Positions 52,104-61,468 of a stretch of 64,000 nt of DNA are shown piece after piece. The stretch lies in NCBI RefSeq assembly GCF_963506605.1, contig NC_083276.1:65472001-65536000 (forward strand). The letters are read 5' to 3'. A program made the position numbers and the translations under genes. The stretch is from Zootoca vivipara (lineage: Eukaryota). Below the pieces are notes generated by a model. That model did no database searches and had not been told where the DNA came from. It saw only the letters and a list, made by a program, of their open reading frames with translations. How positions within the stretch are numbered: position 1 is the stretch's first letter; every line of letters begins with the position of its first letter.

Positions 52104-55100
52104 GTTTCCATGTAAACACCAAAAGCTTCACACTAGCCATTTATCAGCCTAGTATTTCTGAATAAAGAAATGTTCAGTTGACTTCACCAATTAAATTCCT
52201 CTGGATTGTGGCATGGCAGCAGTCCCATTAATATTCAGTAACACACAGATCTCTCCAATATTTCTGGGGCCAATGGTCCATTATCAAAACTGAAGTTTAA
52301 AATGAACCTGTCCGAAGGATCTCCACTGGTTATAAAATTACAGTTCGGCCCTTAACTGTAACTTGGAGATAAATCTAAAGGCATTTCGAGCTATTTTTAG
52401 ACCTATTTAATACCAACTTATTCCCCTGACATGAGCGTAGCCATCTGTCAGATTCCTTCTGGAGCTCAGAAATCAAATGTATAGCTAATTTAGAAATTGC
52501 AGGCTACATTATGACCTCTGTATAATGACATGCCACATCTCTGGTAACTCATTTAAAAGTAACATCCTATTGATATTACATAATAGCATTAATCTCCCCC
52601 CGCCCCCAATATGTGAGGGATGGGAAGTGAAGCTTTGAATCAGAATCCACAGAGCTGCTTAGACCCATGGAACAGTGCCAGCCCTAGACATTTTCCTGCG
52701 CTATTCCCATCTAGGGCAAACAATTTAAAATGCGCTTTTCCAAGGCGGCGCCCGTGGGCACCAGTATGACCACCGATACTTCCCATGGTACCCACCAAAA
52801 GGTCTCAGTAAATATTTCCCCAGAAATTTACAAGACACAAGAGACCGCTTGTTGTTTCTGCTCAGTTCCTGTTTTCATTGGCTCAGCCTCTCCTCCATTG
52901 AACACCCCATTCCTTAAGTATGCCCACATTTCATTAGAAGTCCACCCTTGCAACTATTCTTCTCTCACACAAGACAGATGAAGACACCTTCTCTCCATGG
53001 GAATGGCAATGCCTTTCCTCCCCATTTATGGGCCAGCTGACATACGCTATCTTTAATAATCAACTACCTTTATTAACATTTTTTATAGTTGGAAAATATC
53101 TAAAATATGAAGGGATTGATACTAGAGATAGCAGCACTATGAGAAAGTGGTGCTTGCCTCATTTATTTCAGAAGAAGCAACCAGACCCACCTAGAATCAT
53201 AGGGTTGGAAAGAGCCACAAGAGTCATCTTGACATTCCCGAATTGACTCATATCAGTCTGCCACAGGTAAGGGACAGGACCCTTTGTTGAGGCCCACCTG
53301 AAGCGCTTATTTGCTGACACCCTGAGTTGCAGTTTCAGGCCTCAGGAGCATTTTGCAGTGCAGCCAGTGTTTGAGGCTTGACCATTTAATTATTCCGTTT
53401 ATCAGGAGTTGAATCTGACATGATGCTTTTGAGAGCAGCACACTCAAGGGGCGGTGTGTTCTTGCCTGTGGCGCCACTTGCCGTCAATACTTTTTCTTGT
53501 GCCTAAAACAGCCATGTTGAGTGTTGCATCTTTTAAAAATGAAATTCATTTAAAGAGTGTCATAGTTCAATCAAGGTGCCCATCCTTTTCAGCCAATGTA
53601 CATTCTGCTTCTCATATCAGTATCTTTGATTTGCTTCCCCCACTCAAAAAAACCCCCACCCCATAAGAGGAGTATAGTAGAAATCTGACAGATAATGTAC
53701 AGAAAGCGAATTGCTGAGTCTTTTGTGAATTATACAATGGAATCCCAGAGCCATGTCTTCAGAAGCTCTTGACACCATGGGAGGCCTTGAAAGTCTAGAC
53801 TCAAAGGACTTTTATATTTTGGAAATACTTTGCTCTGTTCTGTGCCTTTCTTTCCTTATACATAGCAGGGCTTGAAAGTGGAAAGTAAATACTCCTGTAA
53901 CCGAATGAACAAGGCTCCGAGCCCAGAAGTAGCAGATCGGGTTTTGATTATTATGAAGCATTCTGTCGATATGAAACATTTTCTTCCCTTCAGTTGTCTG
54001 CATTTGGGAGCCGGTTCTGCTGCTTTGGGCCACTCCTTTTGAAGGCCCCATCTGGACAATACATTTAAAGCAGTATCATACCACTTTAAACAGCAATGGC
54101 TTCCCCCAAAGAGTCCTGGGAATTGTAGTTTGATAAGGATACTGAGACTCATTAAAGGTAAAGGTAAAGGATCCAACAACCAGGCCTTGTGTTGTGGGTG
54201 GGATTATTGGAGCATTATTGGTGGTCCCTCAAATCCGGGAGCAATTGGGCTAGTGGGATGCCAATCAAAACAATTCAAGGGACCAATACTTAAGTGCTGC
54301 ACTTGGCCCAGAGCTTCCTCTTTCGGGCCTCTGTGCATCAGTACCACACCTGTGTGTTCGCTGCCAACCCGAAAGAAACACCAATCCTTCGAGGAAAGCA
54401 GTCTACAAACAGAGACGGTGATTCATTTCAATTTTCCCTTACTGTCCTTTCCCTGGTTTAATTTTCCTTGGCTTAATTCCTTCCTTTTTCGTTAAATTTT
54501 CTCTCCCCCACAACCCCTTCCGACCCCCCCCCTTTCCCTTAGCTCGGTAGGGCCTTTGGCCTGGGGGGGGGTTCTCCCCCTTCCACATTTAGCTCGGATT
54601 TTACCTCTCAATTTATTTACTTCTCAATTTATCTGATGTTTGTTTGGTTTGGGGTTGGGGTTTGTTTGTTTGTTTTCATTTATCTAGGCCAGCATTTTCT
54701 ACACTGGCTGGCAGCAGCTTTTCAACTCTCATCCAGGGAGTGTTCCAAGCCATTGCCAACAGGAAATGACCAGGACTGATATAGGGGGATTTTTGATGTG
54801 AATGCATGTGTTCAACCACCTAGCAACGATTCCTCACATGAAGACACAGGGAATTGGCCTGGCTTGCCACCAGCACACCACACTGACAGATGTCTTCTTG
54901 CATAGCAAGTTTAGAGAGTGATGATGAAAGAAAGCAAACTTTTGACTGATGTCGCAAACTGTCTCTAAGGAGATTCAGTTTCAAGCCTTTCATGTCATTT
55001 TACAATGGGAAAAGATGTTATTTCAGAAACGTTATGTAATCCATTTATTGTCTCCATTGTTCGGGTAGCAGTACTGGAGTGTTATTACTTTTTAGAACAT

Positions 55101-55554
55101 GTTTTCAAGAGTGGCGCTATCAATTCCAAATGACAAAGCTGGAAGTCTATCACAATCTGCATTCAAAGGCTGTGTGGAACAAGTATTGTGAGGGGCAGAC
55201 CAAGCTCAGAAGCCAGGGAAATTGAATCTAATTCTCAGCTATGTTCTCCATCACCATCTTCGCGGGGAAATTGAGGCACCAAACCACTTTTCTCACGGTA
55301 CTACCAAGAATAATAAGCATCTGGATGCTTCATGGCACTCGCACAAGGGATGCAGTTGCAAATGTAGAAACCTCATTTGCAGAGCGCTGTAACACCGGCA
55401 CCCACAGAACAGAAATTTGCAATCCTACGTGTGGCTTTTCAGAAGTAGATCTCATTGATTTCAATGAGATTTACTCCCAGTTTAAGATGGTATAGGATTG
55501 CAGCCAGGGATTTTGAGAGGGAAACATGTACTGTAGCGCCAATAGCTAATCACT

Positions 55555-55755
55555 AAGGTCACATCCACTAAGGCCACATTTAAAGCACCATGACACCACT
55601 TTGAACAGTCATGGCTTCTGCCAAAGAATTCGGAGAGCTGTCGTTTATTAAGGATGCTGAGATTTGTCAGGAGACCCCTATACTCCTCCTAGATTTACAA
55701 TTCCCAGGATGGTTCAACAGTCAATCCCTCTTCACAAGGAACTCTGCGAGTTGTA
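55555..55755 (+). repeat. Abundant squamate interspersed repeat
   Basis: cacatttaaagca..ccacttt.aacagtcatggctt..ccaaagaat motif; other copies at about 25945-26060, 50960-51125 and 54050-54150. Confidence 0.65.
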
Positions 55756-55949
55756 GGAAAAAAGAGAGAAGATAAACAAAATGCCAGAATTTTTTTATCT
55801 AAAGATATAGTTTAGAGCCAAACAAGCGTTTACAATGTACAGATCTGTATGAGGAAGAATTATGCTAACGAGATAGAGATGTGCTTTCTTTATCTTAAGA
55901 AATATTAGTGAAATCATGCTCTTGATGTGTTCAGGATCTAATATAGGTA

Positions 55950-56297
55950 AAGGTAAAGGAACCCCTGACCATTAGGTCCAGTCGTGACCAACTCTGGGGT
56001 TGCAGTCCTTATCTCGCTCTATTGGCCAAGGGAGCCGGCGTACAGCTTTCAGGTCATGTGGCCAGCATGACTAAGCCGCCTCTGGCGAACCAAGCAGTGC
56101 ACGGAAATGCAGTTTACCTTCCCGCCGGAGCGGTACCTATTTATCTACTTGTACTTTGACGTGCTTTCGAAGTGCTAGATTGGAAGGAGCAGGGAACGAG
56201 CAACAGGAGCTCACCCCACCGCGGGGATTCAAACAGCCGACCTTCTGATCGGCAAGCCCGAGGCTCTGTGGTTTAACCCACAGTGCCACCCGCATCC
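55950..56297 (-). mobile_element. Sauria SINE, full length
   Basis: (ACCTTT)n tail; TSD CTAATATAGGTA at 55938-55949 and 56307-56318. Confidence 0.95.
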
Positions 56298-56885
56298 AAT
56301 TCCTACCTAATATAGGTAGGAATGATCAAATGTATTTATTTACACTCTCGTTATATACACCCTCAAGGGTGATGCTTACTCTTGTAATTATCAATGGTTT
56401 TTATTTGTTTGTTGTGATATTTATTTATGTGTTATTTAATTTATATACCACCCTATACCCAGAGGTCTCAGGGCAGTTCACAGAACAAAATCAGAATATT
56501 AAACCATAAAATATATAATCAAAATAAAAACAACAACCCAATAAGCTCCCCGTATAGAAATATTCTGTTCTGACAATAATAAATAAAAGTTTTAAAAACT
56601 TTTTTTAAAAGTGTGAATTAAGTGGAATTAAAATGCAAACTGAACTTATTTCTCTCCTAACACTGCCATTAGCCGAAAGACACCGTTGGATACAATGCCT
56701 ACATTGTAATCTGTCACAGTGTAGTACCCTTATCCACTGTGAGGTAAACATGATGTCATACTTAACCTGAAGAGTTTCTGTTGGGAAGGCACTTATTTGT
56801 GCCTCAGACGCTCAGGTGTTTAAAGAGAAGTAGGGGTTTTTTTCCCCTTCTGGGAAGGAAGAACCCTCAAATTTAACAGATATAC

Positions 56886-56950
56886 CTGCTTTCTGTGGAG
56901 CCTGCTGTGTACCTTTTCCAGATCAATGTGCTGAATCATAGAAGGAGCTT
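56886..56950 (-). CDS. Candidate exon (65 nt, phase 1-0)
   Basis: tgtcttaatttctgtag acceptor, CAG|GTATAT donor; open frame APSMIQHIDLEKVHSRLHRKQ. Confidence 0.25.
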
Positions 56951-57693
56951 CTACAGAAATTAAGACACTCAGAGTGATCATAGTAGTTCTACAATTTACC
57001 ACAGAATACACTAAGGAACCGGGAGAGGCAGCTATATTAAAGAAGCTGGATATTGCACTCCAATTTAAATCAAAACAATAATCTCTAAGCTTCTAAAACA
57101 GAGTTTCCATAGTAACATGTCTTCAAGTATGGGAATATGCATCCATAAATAAGTCATTTTAAGAATGTTCAGTCTCTTTTTTTTCATTCAGAGAAGCATC
57201 CATATTCAGGTTCTAATTCACAGCTCAAGTAGCCCCACAGCTCAAGTGGTGTGGAACTGACACTCACAGCATAGTCTTTATTCACAAAACACTGCACTCT
57301 TCCCTCAGATACTTTAATTTATTCAAGTAAACAATATAAGCAGCTTTTGAAATTCTGTAGCATGTTAATACAAATTTTCAGGACCTTTACAACCTTTCAA
57401 TAAATCTAAGGGCTGAGTGAAGTTTTACATATTTGGGTAGGCTTGTCTAAGCAAAAAATGTTTCTTTTAGCAGACAGAGAAAAGGATACAGTGAAGGAAC
57501 CTGCCTGAGATCAATAGGCAGGGAGTTCAAAGGTGTAGATGCTGCCACACTAAAATATCTATTTCTTATAAATGCAGAATGAGTATGATGTGGCAGCTGT
57601 AGCAGTGCCAGTTCTGCAGCGTGAAGCAGCCAACTGGGCATGTGCACCAATACGCTTTTAAATTTATGCTTAAGAAATCTAGTACAATGAGGT

Positions 57694-57880
57694 AGTTACA
57701 GGTAGGTAGCCGTTTTGGTCTGACGTGGTAAAAACAAAAAATAAAAAATTCCTTCCTGTAGCACCTTAGAGACCAACTAAGTTTGTCATAGGTATGAGCT
57801 TTCGTGTGCATGCACACTTCTTCAGATACACTGAAACAGAAGTCAGCAGACCCTTATGTATAGTCAGAAGGTGGGGAGTA
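57694..57880 (-). mobile_element. Penelope-like element terminal (pLTR) fragment
   Basis: gttacaggtaggtagccg..ggtctg, gtagcaccttagagaccaactaag motifs; contains a minimal hammerhead. Confidence 0.82.
57792..57829 (-). ncRNA. Minimal type I hammerhead ribozyme (PLE-type)
   Basis: GUAU CUGAAGA A GUGUGC AU GCACAC GAAA GCUC AUAC: both catalytic core boxes, stem I GUAU/AUAC, stem II, palindromic AGCU loop III, CUC cleavage triplet. Confidence 0.75.
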
Positions 57881-58404
57881 CAATGTGGTGTTTGCCTTTT
57901 TAATACAGATCGTTCGCATCTTACGTCCATTTAGCTCACACAATTTCAACCATATTCCATTGAGGGTTGGCTGGCTGAAGTTCTGCGAGTTAAGTGTAAG
58001 CAAAGCAGAGAGCTTAAAAGCTCTTTTTGCACTGGGCTTTCAGGGCACAAAAAGAGCTTTAGAGTTCTCTGCCTTGCTTGGGAAGCAAAGCCCTCTTGGC
58101 ACACTGGTTCTGGGATGTTCTTCCGTGATTTCACGGGGCTGCCTGAGTTCCCATAAAATCTTGCACAAGCATCCCTAGTCTTCTGGAGCCAGCACACCAA
58201 GAGGGCCTTACCCCCAAGCAAGGCAGAGTGCTTAAAAGTTCTTTCTACGCTGGGTCTGCTTGAGTTACCAAATACCTTTGGCACCAAATATCTGACGAAA
58301 TGCCTGCTTCCATCACAACCAATCCAAATGAAAAGAGCCTCTGTTAGTGGCAGGTATAAGAAGGGCTTCTGTGCGATGGCCCCTAGATCACAAAATTATC
58401 CTAC

Positions 58405-58488
58405 CTTCTGCAGGGCGTTTTACACCATCATAAATGTCCATCCCTGCAGTCTTGTGCTCAAGTCTTTTTGTCTCTTCAGGAAATGACA
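58405..58488 (-). CDS. Candidate exon (84 nt, phase 1-1)
   Basis: ttttgtctccccttttcaag acceptor, AAG|GTAGGA donor; only open frame SFPEETKRLEHKTAGMDIYDGVKRPAE. Confidence 0.35.
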
Positions 58489-59624
58489 CTTGAAAAGGGG
58501 AGACAAAACTCAGATATCCGAAGAACAGGGGTGTGGGGAGAGCAGTGGGGAGAAATCCCCCCTGAAAGAAATACACAGCTACTTTTTTTGCTTCTCTGTT
58601 GCCTTTCTAATAATGCCCTGAGAGTTAGAGGTCTCCTAACTAGCAGTTCGAAAGCACGTCTCTATTATGTGTCCTTTGAAGATGGCCACAGATTAAGTGT
58701 TCAGCACTTACATACTAAGATGTGTGGGGTTTTTTCTTTTGACAGAAGGCTCATCATTTGTGCCCAAACACCGCACAACACACACAGTCGTGTTTGGGAA
58801 AGAATACATTGGAGTTCTTAGCATAAATCACTCAGAGGTAAAATCTAGGGCATGATCTAGTGAAAAGCAAGAAGACTTAAATCTGCTGGTTGCAATGGGA
58901 GAGATTTAAGTGTGTGCTGAGGTCTCCCTCTGAAATTTTTGGCATTGCTCGGAGCCTGGTTTTGGTTAGAGCCTGACTTCATAATTCAATCCTTTTGCGG
59001 ATTATTTGGGCTAGCCTTTGATGTACTCTCGGTGGAAGAGCAGCTTCCATACAAATAAAAACGGATGGCGCCAGAGGCATAGCCTAAGTAGTGCAACTTG
59101 AAGCAGCTCTCAGATTAGAAAGGTACGCATTCTTGCTTCACTTGGTTTTACAGGGTTTTGCTTTCATGAAAACTCCTTGAGTGGTGTTGCAGTAAGTGCT
59201 TCTCCTGCACCCTGCAAGCCACAGCGGATACATAAAATTATCCAGCAATATGACAGACATTTATTTTAAAGAAGGAGCAGCTTTTGTCCATTCATTTCCT
59301 CTTTCTCCTGCCTGATAGAACTGGCATGCCAATGATGTGCTTTTATATTGTGTCCATGTAGCTGCAATTCAGTATCTGGCCAGCTACAAAATGCCATTGC
59401 CTCCATTTCTCCCGTGTGCACCAATATGAATAAAAAATCAGAAAGAAAGGGAAGAGCATTCGGAAAGAAACATTTCCCACATCCTGCCTTCTCACAGGAA
59501 GCTTTTAACCTGCTTCCCCCCGCCCCCACCCGAGAGCAATCTCTTTTCATTGCATAACTACCTTTGCAATTCTGGGACACGGCTGAACTGCAGCTTTTCA
59601 TGTTCCCTGGAGGCATAGGAAGCA

Positions 59625-60183
59625 ACGGTCCCAATTCTAGGCTGCATCAACAGAAGTATGGCATCCAGAACACGGGAAGTAACTGTGTCACCCTATTTTG
59701 TCTTGATCAGACCTCACCTGGAGTACTGTGTCCGGTTCTGGGCACCTCAATTTAATAAGCAGTATAGCGAGTTGGAATGTGTGCAGAGGAGGGATGACAA
59801 AGGATCTGGATACAAAGACTTATAAGGAACAGTTGAGGAAACTGGGTATGTTATACCTTGGAGAAAGAAGGACTGAGGGGTGATATGACAGGGCTGTCAA
59901 ATGGAAGATGAAGTAAGCTTGTTTTCTGCTGCTCCAGAGGGTAGGACCCAAACTAATGGATTCAAGTCACAAGAAAGGGGATTCTGACTCAACACCAGGG
60001 AGAACTTTCTGATGGTAAGAGCTGTTTGAAAGTGGAACAAACTACTTCATAGGGTAATGGAGTCTCCTTCATTGGAGATTTTTAAATAGAGCCCTACGTT
60101 GGGGAAAAGATTCCTACATTGAAAGGGCTTGGACTAGATAATCCTTGGGGTCCCTTCAAACTCTACAATGCTATGATTCTATG
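59625..60183 (+). mobile_element. CR1 3' fragment fused to a SINE-type 3' half
   Basis: [23 protein letters not shown]1 motifs to about 60085, then gagccctacgttgggg..attcctacattg and a tatgattctatg tail. Confidence 0.8.
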
Positions 60184-60304
60184 AAAGGAAGGCACTTCTC
60201 TTCATCCCAGGATACCCTGGTAAAAAGCTAGTCATCTGGGTGGCACATGACTGGCTTCCATTGGCTGGAAGGTCTAGAGAAGGATTTTTATTTTATTTTT
60301 TGGA

Positions 60305-60440
60305 GAATCTTAGTACAGTAGTAGAATCATGAGGGCCATCAAATCCAACCGCCTTCAATGCAGGATTTTTTTTGCCCAGTGTGGGGCTCAAACCCACAAC
60401 CCTGAGATTTGGAGTCTCATACTCTACCAACTGAACTATC
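60305..60440 (-). mobile_element. tRNA-Lys-derived SINE with CR1 tail (POM/Squam1-type)
   Basis: Reverse complement reads gatagttcagttggtagagtatgagactc..atctcagggttgtgggtttgagccccacactgggca. Confidence 0.8.
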
Positions 60441-60931
60441 AGAGACTACTATTGAAGTTAGCCACTCAGATCCTCACTCCAATTTCCAACTTGTTCCGTG
60501 ATAACAATGAGAGGCTTATTATCTTTTTATTGTTTCCACTAAAAGTATGGACAATTTTCACTTTACTATAATAAACATATTATAGTCACATACCCTCCAG
60601 GTTCCTAAAGTAACCAGTGCAAGAACAAATACATATTAAAATACACATAACTGCATATAACTGTACTGTATTTGCATAAGTGCAGATGCTTCTGCATTCA
60701 TACTTATAAAATGATGCTGCAAAACTATTATTAGTATTATTGATAAAATTTGTATACTGCCCTCCGTCTGGAAATCTCTGGGTGGTTGACCGCATACAAA
60801 GACAAGATAAAAATTGCAAAATTCATCATATAAACAAGAACAAAAGCAAAGCAATAATGCCCCTACCCCCTCCCAAAACACGTTTAAAAGGCATGCCCAT
60901 ATAAATGCTTATATCCATTTTGTTGTTGACA

Positions 60932-61057
60932 GACAGGTAGCTCAGCCAGTAGAGCATGAGACTCTTAATCTCAGGGCCGTGGGTTTGATTCCTGCATTGT
61001 AGGGGGCTGGACTACATGACCGCGATGGCCCCTTCCAACTCTACAATTCTATGATTC
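60932..61057 (+). mobile_element. tRNA-Lys(CTT)-derived SINE with CR1 tail
   Basis: TAGCTCAGCCAGTAGAGCATGAGACTCTTAATCTCAGGG head; ttccaactctacaattctatgattc tail. Confidence 0.85.
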
Positions 61058-61064
61058 TTCAGCG

Positions 61065-61468
61065 CAGGCCCGTCCCTACGCCGCCGCCCCCCAACTCACC
61101 GCGGACGCAGAGGAGGGACATGGCATGGGCAGGCCGGGCGCTGAGGGTGGGCCGGGCTCAGGGGCGCCGCAGCAGGTGGGCCGGGCACCTGGTTGTCCTC
61201 CGGGGCACCAGCAGCGCCACCTCCTCCTGCACGGAGGCCTCTGCTGCGGGGGCAGTGCCGCGCAGTGCCCGGCCTCTCGTCCTCCTCATGCCCCTGGCAA
61301 CCCACCAGGCTGAGGCCAGGACTCGAACCTGCGGTGGGAGGGAGGGAGGCAAGAAGCAGGGCGAGCAGGAGGGCGGCCGGGCTGTCTGGCGGGCGCAGTG
61401 TGGCAGCTCCTGGCGGCCCAGCGCCCTGGCGCATTGCGCCACCCAGCCTTGCCTTAGGGCCGGCCCTG
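61065..61468. mobile_element. GC-rich non-autonomous hAT carrying captured host sequence (Pack-TIR-like)
   Basis: CAGGCCCGTCCCTA...TAGGGCCGGCCCTG TIRs; TSD CTTCAGCG (61057-61064) / CTTCAGTG (61469-61476); right 90 bp shared with 34615-34810. Confidence 0.85.
61094..61124 (-). pseudogene. UNC13B: Captured copy of a UNC13B (Munc13-2)-type first coding exon end
   Basis: gcc ATG TCC CTC CTC TGC GTC CGC G|GTGAGT = MSLLCVR + phase-1 donor after 22 coding nt, matching the recalled N-terminus and exon-1 boundary of UNC13B. Confidence 0.75.

Noticed and set aside
60932-61000. Functional tRNA-Lys(CTT) gene
   Set aside because: Acceptor and T stems are degraded and it runs into a CR1-type tail, so it is a SINE.
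61094-61330. Native UNC13B promoter/exon 1
   Set aside because: Enclosed by TIRs and a TSD, no CpG island beyond the element, and no recognisable UNC13B exon 2/3 in the window. Not fully excluded, because intron 1 may be long.
61096-61434. 112-aa ORF with a signal-peptide-like LLLALLLASL
   Set aside because: It starts inside the hAT subterminal region; the leucine run arises from a pyrimidine tract. The MSLLCVR frame explains the donor better.
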